Program-made: the position numbers and the translations under genes | Notes under the pieces: generated by a model | Databases searched by the model: none | What the model saw: the letters and a program-made list of their open reading frames with translations, nothing else | What the model was told of the DNA's origin: nothing | Shown: positions 39,001-50,639 of the stretch, piece by piece | Numbering within the stretch: position 1 is the first letter of the stretch | How the letters are laid out: each line of letters opens with the position of its first letter | DNA from: Botryllus schlosseri | Lineage: Eukaryota | Assembly: GCA_051294905.1 (NCBI GenBank) | Contig: CM119375.1 | Location: 9,734,001 to 9,798,000 of the forward strand | DNA: 64,000 nt | Direction of reading: 5' to 3'

Positions 39001-42000
39001 ATGATATCGAAAAATACGCCGAAGATATCTTGACGTACTTGAAGACCGTGTTCACTGTCGCGCCAACAATGACAGTGCAGACGGTGCAGCAGCTCTTGAA
39101 AGGCATATTCGGTACTAATCTCGTCAACCAACTAGACCTCGACGACCAAACAGCTGTTAAAATCAATACTGCCGCCGGCCGCGACTTGCAACGCCACAAA
39201 GCCACCTTTTACCATCAAGCTTTCCACCGGCCGCTGAACGATTTCACCATGGCCATTGCCAATTCGTCCTTTCACCATTACCTACAACAGGAGAACGCAC
39301 CCAAGGCCAGCTCGGGTTGGTTTGGTTCGATTAAGAAGAAAGTGGAACAGAAGTTGAATATGACGGCGAAACGATCGAAAGGAGACAAGGCGTCGATACA
39401 GAGTTACATCAGACTATTCGAATCGATCGTGATCAAGTCGCTGAAAAATTACACGATGACTAGTTCAGCAGAGTTTCAAAAGCACGTGTTAAACCTTTTA
39501 GCGCAGCTTGTGCAGCTTAGGGTTAACTACTGCCTACTGGATTCGGACATGATTTTTATTGGGTTTATCGTGCGGCAGTTTGAGTCTATCGAGAGCGGGC
39601 TAGTTCGGAATTCGACTGTGTTGATACCGCATGTGTTTTTCTTTCTTGTGCTGCTCTCGTACGAAAAGCACCATTCGAAAAGCGTAATCGCAATGCCAAA
39701 AATAATCCAGCTATGCGACGGAGTGATGGCGGGAGGCTGCGACGCTGCAACACACGTGATACCGGCACTGCGTCCTATAGTCCACGATTTGTTCGTGCTG
39801 CGTGCCGGGCTGCGGCAGGAAGCCGCGTCCGATTTAGACACGCAGCGTGAGGTAACGCAGAGCATGCTGTTCAGGATCGTGGTGCATCCCGAGGCATTGA
39901 GGATGGTCACCACCGTGTTGCAGTATTACAGGAAGGAAAGTCCGGAGCAGTGGAAGAAATACTCGAGGCAGGTTACAGACGTTCTGCTGCCGATGATGTC
40001 GCACTCGAAAGTGCGAGTGGGGTCGCGCTCCGACACGATAGTTTTGCACAGTCTGCTAGAGGCTTTGTCTCCGGCCGCGTTGCGCCCAATCGATCTTGTC
40101 CTTAATATCTTCTTCATGCTGCCTACGGATTTAGCGTCGTTGACAGATCACCAGCGGTGGATAGTGAAGACTAACGCGCTCTCTCGCGTATTGCTTTGTC
40201 AGTTGAACGAGGATTTTCTACTCCAGAGGATACAGGAGATGTGTGTCGACCCCGATGCTTTCGCTAGCGGTATTTTGGCGGTAATGAAATCAGGGTGTGA
40301 AGAAAGCGTTGACGCAGTCGATCAGATGCGCGGTGCGGAAGCCTCGCCGCCTGCGGAAGAAGTTTTCGCCAAAGTATGTCTGCAAATAGTCGGTTTCACG
40401 ATTGAACGTGTAGTCTCTGAGACTTTTGACCCGGTGAAAATCGACAGCAAGGAAAATGATGTGGAATTGCTCGCGGATTTGTTGAGCGAGTTCATACTGT
40501 CGCTCACGTACATCGGCAGGTGTGGTAATTTCAAAAAAGTATCGGGAGCGATGCGTAATTTGCTGAGCGAGCAAGAGCAAGACGGGAAGTTTTATTCGTC
40601 TGTTGCGTTGTGTTCCTTTTTTCAAGAAGCTGCCTCCAAGTACCCGATCGTGTCGCTGTTTTGGTCACAATTTCTGGCTTGCGTCGGTTTCATGGACCTC
40701 GCGCAGTGGGGTAAATTGACGGGGAAAAATTCTCAGTCCAGCGCCAGCATGCCGGTTTTGAATGTGGGCATGGTGCATCGCGGCGCCGTGATTATGTTAG
40801 CCGATTACGTCTGCCAAAATCAATCAGAGGTGGAAGCGATGTCGTGGCTTATCGTGAATCACGTCAAGGAGGTTTTGACTTTGCACGGAGAACCGCCTAT
40901 CCAGGACTTTATCAGCGTGATACACAGGAATTCCGCGGCCAGTCGGTTATTTGTGGAGTCGATCATGACTTTGTTTGCGCGCGGTGACAAGATTAAGACG
41001 TCGTTGAAACAGCGACTGTTGGGTTGCATGTCGGGACTGCATTTGAATCAGTCAGATTTAATCGTGGCTTTGCTGCTGTCGGAAGACTGGTTCGTGTTTT
41101 CACCTGTTATCGCGATTTCCTGTTCCGCCGAGCGTTTGGCTTGCGAACGGTTCGAAATGATAATGGTGCGGGCCTCTGAAAAACAAGGCTCTGCAGAGAA
41201 CGAAGCTTTACTGGCGAGAGTAACTGAACTTCAACGGGACTTGGGCAGATGTGAATCAATCCCAAGACTCGGCAGGCTTGTTGGCTTATCAAACAGACTG
41301 AAGCATCTGCTAGAAACCGGGGAGGATGACCCAAAATCGGCCCGCCGTCCCAATGTTAATACGAGCCCTGGTTTTGTGAGCGAGCCCGACCAAACGTGGT
41401 TTAAAAGTCATGTAGACGACTCGATTATCAGAAATTATCACGGCCGCGATTTGGCAGTTCTGTTGAACGTGTTGGATTACGAAGATATCATGGAGGTTTT
41501 TCAGAGGGACGCGTTTGATGTTGAGAAGTTGGACGAGTGCTTACGTTTTGCTTTTCGGGATATCGCCCAACCCAATGATGGAATAGCGAGAGACGTTTCT
41601 AGCAGTTCTCTTTTGAGTGCAACCGTCACTGCTTTGGTCGCGCATCTCAAATCTTTCGTGGATCAACTTCCTGAAATGGACGCGACATTGTGTGAAAATA
41701 CAGACGCTCCGACCATTAGTGTTGAAGGCGACACTTCGATGTCACAATATTGGAGGTCATCGTTGGCCGTTTTTGACGTTGTGCAAAATCAAACTCTTGT
41801 CTCCGTGTTGGCAAAATCTTTTACGCGATGTTTGATGTGGCAGAAAGCGATCAGTTATCAGTTTCCCGGTCTCGCCGAATCTGACGCAGATCTGCTGAAA
41901 CTGGTTGTTTCCTTTCATCAGTATCTAATCTGGTGCGTGTTACATTCGAAGACTATCGACACATACGTTATAACGACTTGTTGTGATTTTCTACATCAAG

Positions 42001-44555
42001 CTGTGTCCGTTGTGAAGATTCGAAGAATGTTTTTCGATGCTGCCAACGTCTTTCACCCCACTGTCATCACCAATTCATTGTACGCCCTTTACAGGCATTT
42101 CACCGAGAACCTGGGACTCTCGAACAGCCAAAGTTCCGTCGTTTTCGACGCCGTGTTTTCGAAAAACAAAGTTTCGCCCTTGTTTACTGTTTTGAAAGCG
42201 TGTCAGCTGTTAGATGATGTAAACGCCAACTCTCTCGTACCGGCCGTGCTTCGAAAATCTTTAGAGAAGTCAATGAAATTGGTCTTGTGCCACCCGCTTT
42301 TTAACCAATTAGCCCGCGTGCCGCCTCTTCTTATCAAAAGTGATGTGACTGTCGAAGAAATCAAAGCTATCGCGGACGAACCTCCGGCCAGTTATTTATC
42401 GGAGAAGGACTTGTTGCAAGGATTCGTGTCGCGTATCAACGCGATCGGGTGGACCAGCCGAATGCAATTCGAGGAAACGTGGACGACCCTTTTAGGAGTG
42501 CTGGTATCGCAGCCTATCGGGGACATGAGCCAAAACGCGGCGCCTGTCGATGAAACTGCAATACAAGTCAGCTGCTTGACAATATCATCTTTAACGGCTT
42601 TGGTGGTGATGGCGTCGATGAAGCCTTGTGGCGGTCAACCGTGGTTAGGCGCGTATCCGAATGTTCCGAGACGGAATATGAGACCAGCCCCAGATAGTAA
42701 GATCGGGCACGAACTCAATTCGATACAATGCGTCGTCGATAAGGAACTAGATGAAATACTGCTAGCTGATTCGTTGGGGCAGCAGTTTGAAAGGTACAGA
42801 GTATCGTCCCACTGTATGATTGTGCAAAACCTAGATCTCGTCGCGCAAGATTTCTTGCAATCAAGGTTAGAGTTGAATCTTGAGAGGGCGGACCGATCGC
42901 CTTTGCATTACGGTATCGGACAAAAATCGGTGAATTCGTTTTGGGCGATTCAAGGCATTTCCCATGCCGAGGAAGATTCGATCCAGGATTCTAGTGATGA
43001 TGAAAGCGATGCGTCCAGTACAAAGATGAATGACGAAAACACAGCCGATGCCTCTCAAGAGCTGACTGTTGTGCCGCGTGTGACTCCAACTGGTGGCGAT
43101 CCGTATCACGAATCTGTTGATGTGCACTCATGTATACAATTTCTAATCGATTTGTACTCGGAATGGTTTCGTTCCGCCAGCACGACCCCGGTGTCGAACC
43201 AACAGTCTGGCACCCCAGTTTCGTTTCGGCTCCCGCGGCAGTTTCTCAACGAGTGTCTCCGTTCGCTGATCCTTGTGTCGGATTTCTTTGTGGACCGTCA
43301 GCAGCTCGAGTGGATGTTTGCCTCTCTGAATTCGCTACAGTCGGTACAGCCTTCGGAAGACGACGTCATGCTGCAGTATCTCGTTTTGGGGATGTGCAAG
43401 TCGGCCGCGATTTTGGGACTCAACAGAAAAAGCTGTGACGTATTACACGGAATGTTGGACGCCGCATTCTCGTCGACTGTGATATCGTCGCAAACTTTCG
43501 CTTTGCACGGGGCTCTGTACGTTCTGGAGTCGGAAATCAAAGATTTTATGAAGCCTATCATCGGTCTGATATCGAAATTTGTTTACGACAAGTTACGCAG
43601 CGTAGGTTCGGAAGCAATTTTCGCTTCGCACCAATTTTTGCGGAATATTATCTCCGTTGGATCATACCTCGTCGAAAAGGCGCGGGCTTTCATTCCATCG
43701 GCACACGTTAACGAGATTGTACGTGCGATTATCGATATCTTATCTTCCCCGCGTGCGAAATTAGTATCCAACGATGTGTACGCGATGATGCTGAAGACGC
43801 TGGAATCACTGATAACAAGCTGCAGCGTGTCCGCTGCGGAATGCGAGGCTATTGCGAAATTTGCGAGCGAACAATTTGCGGCTCACTCCGCCCCTGTCAC
43901 GCTGCTGAGTTCATTAAATCTAATGGTAACGTGTTTGTATTTTCACATGTTACGCTTGCCGGATAGTGGTGATGGAGAAGAAAGCGCGTTGGAGTTTAGG
44001 TTGCTCTCGATGGAAAGGATAAGCCTGATATTCGACAAGTTGAAGACCGGGTTTCCTTACAAATCGCGCCTGCTGGTGAGGATTCTCCCTACTCTCATGG
44101 ATAACTTCTTCTCGACGCAAGACATGATGAATAAAATCATCGGGGAATTCGCGTCTGGCACGCATCCGCAACCGGAACTGCTAGCGCATGTGCTGTATAA
44201 TATCTTTCAAATTTTGCACGCGAGAGGGGAAAGCATGGTCGTGTCGGAATGGGTGATGCTGACACTGCGTAACTTCACTCAGAGAACGCCAATCTGGTCC
44301 GCGATATGGAGGCTTTCTTGTATATTCGTAAGCGCGTCGACCAACCACTGGATCAACTCCGCCATGCCGATGGTGTTGAAGGAAGCGAACATGGCGCCGG
44401 AAGACAGGAATTTTGACTTTTTCTATGTGTCCGCGAAAGATTTCTATTCGAACCAACTCATAACGGAGCTGGACAAGCGGTCCTTCGTGTCGACATTCCA
44501 ATCCGTCGCGGAACCCGGTAACTTCTATCAGAACATGTTGGACTTGATCACGTAA
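36006..44555 (+). CDS. HTT: Huntingtin, full length (2849 aa), single uninterrupted ORF
   Basis: N17-like MEKLIKSVNNIKLYY. The N-HEAT matches human HTT (DAEADVRIAAEE; FYKEIKRNGSSRSLRAALSRF...RPSKCRPY; SSYWLVKV; LGDKDSRVRKSA), as do later blocks (RLFESIVIKSLKNYT; LVQLRVNYCLLDSDMIFIGF; GWTSRMQFEETWTTLLGVL; HPQPELLAHVLY). No stop or frameshift over 8550 nt. Confidence 0.98.
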   Translation: MEKLIKSVNNIKLYYASEEDDPDKETLPVSTKNERQECCKTMTETVLSNAIKTNSDYPTYLGITLETLLLCCKDAEADVRIAAEESINRIINGTEESHFSKVLIEFYKEIKRNGSSRSLRAALSRFSNLAHRIRPSKCRPYIMGLIPVFIQICSREDEGIQECLSISIAKIFSLIGSFASETEVKDLINASKKNLSHNSAAIRRNAASCIFEVVNNCNKRNEILSSTLSDLLSLFCDTVKETNHALGVITTLRHLVPIIATQDTSDIRRTGSFGSETNASFNVSFESLVVNIYELCLRLLHSEDQNIITASLETMQALLRLPCDLLRKLLVHEALPETQFSKDVARHILPEMAISPSEMKNSQDQQNKVISSVQISEQTLESVDRSEEDIEIPENLSGSNLPGPDDTEMALCPLNDLTRLLCEKVLQIGVETNKHVRVSAKSLALSCVGTILKIRPEMMFVKVNSKSELKVQEVMTFGNFYDPQIRGCVLLLISQYLDSALTTSKGDYMSWVDSGDSTISIDGLVDDIRIGMMDESTVCVRAAIQAASTCLQSLRWTDFAHLGVKLMEQLLILTNSSYWLVKVDVLDALSDVNIREILFPRETSHDMKASNNYDLLSTLCDEITQAGFNALGDKDSRVRKSASTMLVKSVGQKGFVISAVKCDMATSQIAEVCGKFLITEGSSDDQSPKASAKSLLKTYRGFEVSNEVSYVAHNLSSLVGKVSELLSFSTSKHLVQGCIQVLLTLSTEYAISKHPASYDCHFCTDPKLHEERQQTGLLTTLLSLIDSHWPPLDIGAYANAVTLAGNYIAGIACHGFQIVGANPKLTGSDSLLAAKGANPEIATSLSAFKDQKIGALALRFFTHIAKLLSMLHHVISNSAPSLPNKSVLQTLQSGTLPGNLKKKDKGDTKEIAGVSKTHKKTSSTGKATQDDNEKPAKNAHALIFSFAHSRVHMRLYDTLLGAYETYKTTLDIDEVDKFSLFLGTVLDAFSQLLEIITFDDIEKYAEDILTYLKTVFTVAPTMTVQTVQQLLKGIFGTNLVNQLDLDDQTAVKINTAAGRDLQRHKATFYHQAFHRPLNDFTMAIANSSFHHYLQQENAPKASSGWFGSIKKKVEQKLNMTAKRSKGDKASIQSYIRLFESIVIKSLKNYTMTSSAEFQKHVLNLLAQLVQLRVNYCLLDSDMIFIGFIVRQFESIESGLVRNSTVLIPHVFFFLVLLSYEKHHSKSVIAMPKIIQLCDGVMAGGCDAATHVIPALRPIVHDLFVLRAGLRQEAASDLDTQREVTQSMLFRIVVHPEALRMVTTVLQYYRKESPEQWKKYSRQVTDVLLPMMSHSKVRVGSRSDTIVLHSLLEALSPAALRPIDLVLNIFFMLPTDLASLTDHQRWIVKTNALSRVLLCQLNEDFLLQRIQEMCVDPDAFASGILAVMKSGCEESVDAVDQMRGAEASPPAEEVFAKVCLQIVGFTIERVVSETFDPVKIDSKENDVELLADLLSEFILSLTYIGRCGNFKKVSGAMRNLLSEQEQDGKFYSSVALCSFFQEAASKYPIVSLFWSQFLACVGFMDLAQWGKLTGKNSQSSASMPVLNVGMVHRGAVIMLADYVCQNQSEVEAMSWLIVNHVKEVLTLHGEPPIQDFISVIHRNSAASRLFVESIMTLFARGDKIKTSLKQRLLGCMSGLHLNQSDLIVALLLSEDWFVFSPVIAISCSAERLACERFEMIMVRASEKQGSAENEALLARVTELQRDLGRCESIPRLGRLVGLSNRLKHLLETGEDDPKSARRPNVNTSPGFVSEPDQTWFKSHVDDSIIRNYHGRDLAVLLNVLDYEDIMEVFQRDAFDVEKLDECLRFAFRDIAQPNDGIARDVSSSSLLSATVTALVAHLKSFVDQLPEMDATLCENTDAPTISVEGDTSMSQYWRSSLAVFDVVQNQTLVSVLAKSFTRCLMWQKAISYQFPGLAESDADLLKLVVSFHQYLIWCVLHSKTIDTYVITTCCDFLHQAVSVVKIRRMFFDAANVFHPTVITNSLYALYRHFTENLGLSNSQSSVVFDAVFSKNKVSPLFTVLKACQLLDDVNANSLVPAVLRKSLEKSMKLVLCHPLFNQLARVPPLLIKSDVTVEEIKAIADEPPASYLSEKDLLQGFVSRINAIGWTSRMQFEETWTTLLGVLVSQPIGDMSQNAAPVDETAIQVSCLTISSLTALVVMASMKPCGGQPWLGAYPNVPRRNMRPAPDSKIGHELNSIQCVVDKELDEILLADSLGQQFERYRVSSHCMIVQNLDLVAQDFLQSRLELNLERADRSPLHYGIGQKSVNSFWAIQGISHAEEDSIQDSSDDESDASSTKMNDENTADASQELTVVPRVTPTGGDPYHESVDVHSCIQFLIDLYSEWFRSASTTPVSNQQSGTPVSFRLPRQFLNECLRSLILVSDFFVDRQQLEWMFASLNSLQSVQPSEDDVMLQYLVLGMCKSAAILGLNRKSCDVLHGMLDAAFSSTVISSQTFALHGALYVLESEIKDFMKPIIGLISKFVYDKLRSVGSEAIFASHQFLRNIISVGSYLVEKARAFIPSAHVNEIVRAIIDILSSPRAKLVSNDVYAMMLKTLESLITSCSVSAAECEAIAKFASEQFAAHSAPVTLLSSLNLMVTCLYFHMLRLPDSGDGEESALEFRLLSMERISLIFDKLKTGFPYKSRLLVRILPTLMDNFFSTQDMMNKIIGEFASGTHPQPELLAHVLYNIFQILHARGESMVVSEWVMLTLRNFTQRTPIWSAIWRLSCIFVSASTNHWINSAMPMVLKEANMAPEDRNFDFFYVSAKDFYSNQLITELDKRSFVSTFQSVAEPGNFYQNMLDLIT

Positions 44556-44559
44556 TAAA
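44554..44559 (+). terminator. Candidate polyadenylation signal overlapping the HTT stop codon
   Basis: ACG TAA TAAAA: the AATAAA overlaps the TAA stop. Confidence 0.4.
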
Positions 44560-45862
44560 ATGCTGTTACGTACTGAGAATCCAGTCGGTTACGAGATGAT
44601 ATTTCGTCTCATTCGAGTAGCTAGCTAGCTGCTATCTGCGTGATACTGTTTAGTATTTTTTTGAACGAATTAAACTTGTGACACTGGCGCAAATTTCGAG
44701 AATTTATTTATGAAGCTTCATTTACAATGAATAATGTCGACTTGTGATGCTTTGTGCATCTGTTAACTTGCTGCCAAGGAAACTAGTTCCAAATAATATT
44801 TCTGTTCCTGGTAGGGCTAGCCCGATCTCCTTAGTACTTTTGGTTATGTCAATGGCCTATCGCGGTTACCTTATGACGACTTACTAATGGTTTGAAGGTA
44901 GCTGCGGTTAGAGCTACTTGTGCGCAATATGTATCAAGTAATATGTCATGCTCTGGTGTATGTTTGATAGTCAGTCACTTGTCATGTATGAGTAGATCAT
45001 TAAGCACAGTTGGTTTTTCGCTGCTGTTATGTCTTGGGGGGATTGTTCGGGGAGTGCTGCACCTGTTTTTGCTATTTCTAACATCAATCAACTAATATAA
45101 TTCATATCTTGTAGTCGGCTCCATCTGCTCTACGATTATGTTCTTTGGACATTGTGCAATTTCTTCTTTCTAGTAGTATAGCGTTTTTCTAGATGTTATG
45201 GTGTGATGCAGCCGGTCTTGTGTTGTTGACGCTACCGTAGTTGGAATTAAACGTTTCACAACCCGATGTAAGATGGTTCGAAATCTCATGGATTAAGAGT
45301 CGCAGGAGTGAACGAGGTATTATGGTTAACGGAATTTTACATTGAGACTTGAAGCGGTACCGAGAGGTGCTCAGTAACTTTTTTGAAGTACTAAGTAGTT
45401 TTCCTCTAGTACTCACTCGAGTAGAACCAATTTCTTGCTAACTCTACTTCATTATAATTTTTGAATTGCGTATACTTTTCGGTATTTACAGTTTGTGAAG
45501 TAGAAGTATTGTATTCTTTCAATGAGAGAATGGTACGGAGAAATCTAGGGACTTTTTCGCAGAGTACCGGCAATAATTTAGCTATCACAAAAGTTGAGGG
45601 AAGTTCGAAATTTTCGTTGTGCTTCGCGCGAAATAGATATTGAGTGACAAGAATGTTTTTGCGAAAGTCCGTATCATTTAGGTAGCCGGTATGACATGTT
45701 TCGTCACAGTCAATGCGGCTCGGAAAAATCTTCGGAACTATCTAGTATCTAGTCGTAATCTAGCATTCTAGCCGCACAGCGAATGTTCGAATAGGGAAAA
45801 AGTGGTACTTGACGTTTTAGCGTTATATCGTTGACCGTCAACCAACGTTGAAACTCTATACA

Positions 45863-46285
45863 TAGGGTTGCATTTAAAACAAACGGCGTTTCAAAACACT
45901 TTGTTTAAAATATGTTTTAAACAGTGTTTTAAAAAAGGCCCTTTTAAAGAAAACTTTGCGTTTTTTAAGCAGTAAAATTATGCCATAATTGTGTCAACGC
46001 TTTGCAAAAAACATGTTTTATGAGCCTACGGACAATTACCACTCGATCTATAGCCGACGTATATCGAAATGGGATGGGTGGAACCCTCAAAATAGTCGGT
46101 TCAACAGCAATAGTACATATATTTCGTCAAAGGATCTATTTTTACCCTATATTGTCAATGTCAATCCACTATGGAATATTCGTGACGTCATGGCTTAAAA
46201 AAAACAATAAAAAACATGTTTTAAATTAGGGCCTTGTTTCAAACATGTTTGTTTTAAATTTATTTTTGTTTTAAATGCAACCCTA
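45863..46285. mobile_element. MITE with TTTAAAACA-rich inverted ends
   Basis: TAGGGTTGCATTTAAAACAAA...TTTGTTTTAAATGCAACCCTA. A truncated copy lies at about 6889-6950. Confidence 0.65.
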
Positions 46286-49133
46286 TGTATAGGCCTACGT
46301 ATAAGGACAAAATACATGAAATATATTCCTGCTTTTTAATTATAGTAGTTGTATTGCTCTTTGTGCACGGTATCGTTACAGAGAGGTCTCTCTACTAGTT
46401 GCTGACGATTACCCCTGACGAGTGTCAGCCGAAAATATTCGGGTTCATTTCAATATGAATATACTATTCAATTGTATATTGAAGTTCTGTACCTCCAAGA
46501 AGCTCTTCAGAGAGGTCTTACTAATTAATCTGAGTTCTTTCGTCCGGAGCACATGCACGAAGAAGTATGAAATTACGAAGTGCTGTAAAATTAAATGTAA
46601 ATGGCAATCATCGCGCAAATTGGCAATGCCGTTTCTGATACAACTCCGTCTTGCTTTTCGCCTCAAATACGGAACTTATAATACGGTGGAGGGGGATACA
46701 ATTCCATGACATTATATGAAATGGAGCTGTCTGGGGGCTTCTCCAAAGCAAAACTATCATTTGCATCCCACGATGCGGTCTAATTTTTATGTGTGGAAAC
46801 TTACTGGGCAGCACGAATCCAGCTCTCAGAACCGTTCGAAGGGCTAAGTTTCGGGCTTTTGACTGCCCATGAGAGCGTTTTTACGACTGCTTCTCACAAC
46901 CTACTTGCGTACTTGAGCAGATTTTAGCTTCGTTACTTCTACTTGAAGCAGTTTAGGGTGATTTTAAAAGGACTACTTCTATTCGTACTTGAATAGATTT
47001 TAGCTTCGCTACTTCTACTTGAGTAGCTTTCTCGACTAGGCCTATACTTTGACCACTTATGGCGGTACCGTCATCACCTGTCGGTTTTTCGCCTTAAGAT
47101 CAGACTTGGACAACTAGATAATTAGAGCGAAATGCCGGTATTCTAATTCTCGTTTAATTTGTGAAATGTTCTTATATGCTTTAATTCAAATTTTAATATA
47201 ATTTATGGTTTTCGTGAACTGAAGATCCTACAGTAAAACTGTATATAGTGGGGAACGAGTTTAACTTTGTGTGAAACATTTGTTATTCTCATGCCCACGA
47301 GAAAGAACCTTGATTGGATATGAACTGAAACTGATTTTGTTGTAATTATTTCTCCAAGCTTTTGCCGGATTCAGTAATTCTAATCTTATTTGGGAAATCT
47401 GAAATCTTTCTAGTTGACCAGCTCTGCCTATCAGTGGTACTCAAACTGTGGGGTTCGCGAAGCTCTGTGAGTGGCATGCAGGGATATCTAGAAACTAGAT
47501 ATCCCTGGTGGCATGCTATGTGCGGTGGATTTTAATAGCATTTAGACTACACTCTACAGTTTGCTAACCCTTGCAGTACATAAGCCACTGTAAATGCACA
47601 ATGTGAGAACCAGAAAATTCGCACCAATAAGGACATCAAAGCCACCGGTGAGATTGGCTAGCGAGGTTCGACAGAATAATTCATCAGTATGATAAGTATA
47701 TAGCCCAGAATATATGAAGTATGGATCCATCGAATACGGAGGAGAACGTTTTCCATAGTTTGCATGGAAGATCTTTCTACTTCGACCTTGACCAAAATGC
47801 AAGCTTGTGCATAAGAAACAGTTGTATCTACCACATTAAATAGTGTTTTCTGCTATATTCATTGGTGCTATGATATAGTCATAACGCCGATGGATAATAA
47901 ATATCGGTGGATTCGAGTAAAGTTATTCACGGCCAAAAAGGTGGCATGAAGTGCAGTAAAAAGAATTATAGTGGTACGTCATCGAAAAATAAAAGTTTGA
48001 GAAACGCTGCCGCCTTAGATCGAATGAAGCCGCGTACAGGCGCTGCTGAGCATTCCTCTTCGATCGGTAAAATATAGCCTGTTCCCGGGCCGTTATGACT
48101 AGTCTCAGTTGACAGCGGAGGATAATGTCCTGAAGTGATACATACGGCTCTGCAGCCTGCATTCAGCCTAGTCAGCTGAAATGAAAAATCTTACCTAGCA
48201 GTCTTGGAAGATCAAGTTTCAATCTGTCATTTGATCATTTTTAAAGTCAGACGCAACTGCTAGCCGAGGATACCATCTCGATTGTGTGTTTGCTTTCAGT
48301 ATCTGAAGAGCAGTCTTTCGTTTAGTTTACCTTACGAAGGAAACTGGCGCTAGAAGTACGATATTTCCATAACAGTACCGTATAGTGACTTCTTGAGAAC
48401 TTTCAATTCCAGGCTAGTTGCACATCTGAATAGCATACCTGCGTATTGGCTGCACGGTGCCGAGGGCGTCCGCGACCTACTTGTCATTACATTTTATTTC
48501 GTTTATGCCTCATTTGTCGGCGGAATCCCTGGGAATTGATATTCCATACGTAAACTCACGGAAGCTTGTTATGAAACATGACCAAGCTAGTTTGTTCATC
48601 TTCGCGTCAACCAGTGTTTTGTCGATGAAAAGTTGATTTTACCGTCAACTGTTATATCATTGTTCCCTAGAAATTGGTTGTATTATCAACTCCAAAGTAG
48701 AGTCTTCCTATACGTTTTGAGTGACAAGTGAATTCCCAAACGTTATTGGTCAGAGATATTATTATAGTGTATGGCTCGTTTATGAGCTTATATATCTTTC
48801 TATTGCAGTTTGAACTCTCGGTATTCTACTTACCAGCTAAGTATATCGAAGATAATCTTCGATCGCAGTTAGATGTTAACCGGAGAATGGCCCCGGGTGT
48901 TTGTTTAGGTCCAAGTTGCTAGAATGCAGTTGCGGAAGTATGAACGCTTCCCTTTAGGTACGAACTGACAATCACAGTTACTCGCACGACTGAGAACTGC
49001 ACTATAGTAAGGTTTCTATGATTGGCAATGGAGGTTTGCATATCACTGTCATTGCAAGTATACTGCCAGATCAAGAAATATGATTTAGTTCGACTTGCAT
49101 AGCGTAATTATTGTGTGCACACTACACAGCCGT

Positions 49134-49284
49134 CTAATGATCACAGAGTTGGTTGTATAGATAGTTCTTCGCAGCCCACTGAACTGGAGGATGATTTTTG
49201 ATAGCTTCCATAAATTCTTCTCCTTTTAATGTACCGTCACGGTCATAACTTCTAAATACGCAGCCCACGCAAGCTCGTGAAATG
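49134..49284 (-). pseudogene. EF-hand-like coding relic
   Basis: Translates to ISRACVGCVFRSYDRDGTLKGEEFMEAIKNHPPV..., an EF-hand pattern whose Ca2+ loop lacks two residues. Confidence 0.3.
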
Positions 49285-50639
49285 CTGTTTTACGAAATGC
49301 GGATCCATCTTCCTTGGAGCTAAGTGAACCAACCAACCGAGACCAAGAATTTCCGCCATCAGCTGTAAATCAGAACGTTCGCATCAGGGATATCTAGAAC
49401 TCTAGTTCGCCTAGGCATGTCGGAAGCTTAGAAGATGCGTTTTGATTCGTATTTGCGCCAGAAAGTCGTTGCAGTCAAGACTAGGTGAAGAAGCTCGTGC
49501 TTGTTTTTCGCGTTGTCAGCTCGGAAGCTACTTTCGCTTGGCTTGAGTTTAGGTTAAAGGTTTTATGTGACTCCGCTACGGCAAGTCTCTAGCTCTGTAT
49601 CGTGGTTACCTTAATTACGTAGAAGACCTACCGTAAAACCTGCATCGGCTGTAAATAGGTTGATGGTATTGAATTTATGAAGTGACCGTTTTTCAAGTTA
49701 TGCGGGAAAACCGGCGGAATTAGCTTGTAGTATTCGATAACTTAACTACGCGCCTACACACTCCGTGGTAACGTCGAATCCAAAAGTTGAATGTTTTCTC
49801 GATAGAAATATTGCGGGCGGTAACAGTTTTTGGCATCATTACTATATCTGCATGACAGCATCACTTTCACTTCTGGTTCCATTCAAAGTGGCGTGCACGA
49901 GACGACCGTACTACAGGCGCGTGCGTTAACAATAAACGTTGATTCCCAGCTAACCGCACGCGAGTTACTTTAACCGCGACCGGTGTTGCTGAATGTCATG
50001 CATCAACATAAGCCTGCAAACTTCTTCGTCTGGCGTCATAGACACCTGAACGCACAGTACATGTAGTAGTCGAAGATCAATCTATCGTTTAGCAGCTGCA
50101 GCGTGTCGTTTCGTAGATCATTTTTCAACGAGCATCTCGTGTTTATGCTGTGGTATAAACACCGCGTAGCAAGACATTTAGAAGAGTCCGTGATGTGTAT
50201 ATCACGTAAATAACAGTTATACGTGTTCTATTTATTTCGACGTTACGCTATGTAGGTCACCGGATTAGTATTTCAGTGCTACTGCGACTTTCGTACGAGG
50301 ATGATGTAAATAAACATGGGTATTCTGTAACTTATCAGGGTTATTCCTAGCAGTCGGCAATTCGTGCATCACGGGAGGTGTCAAGTCTTGCAGTTTCAGC
50401 ACTGCATGCACGAATAAGGCTATGAATAATAATCAAGTCGTAAAGATTTCACGATCAATTGCTTCTATTGCTCGTTAAAGTTGCATGATACACCTGCACG
50501 TGCATGTACTTTATCGGCGGACAGGAATTCACGCCTCGAATCGTTTTATTAACGCCCTCACATAGGTCTTGAGATTTTCTTCTGTTATATGTAACGCTGT
50601 CACATCTAGTATTCAAGCTCATAGGCGATGCGAGGTCGG

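Noticed and set aside
36593-44501. Many antisense and alternate-frame ORFs over huntingtin
   Set aside because: These are expected shadows of a long coding sequence, with no recognisable domains.
36006-44555. HTT as a recent processed pseudogene
   Set aside because: There are no disabling mutations in 2849 codons and no poly(A) tract or flanking TSD.
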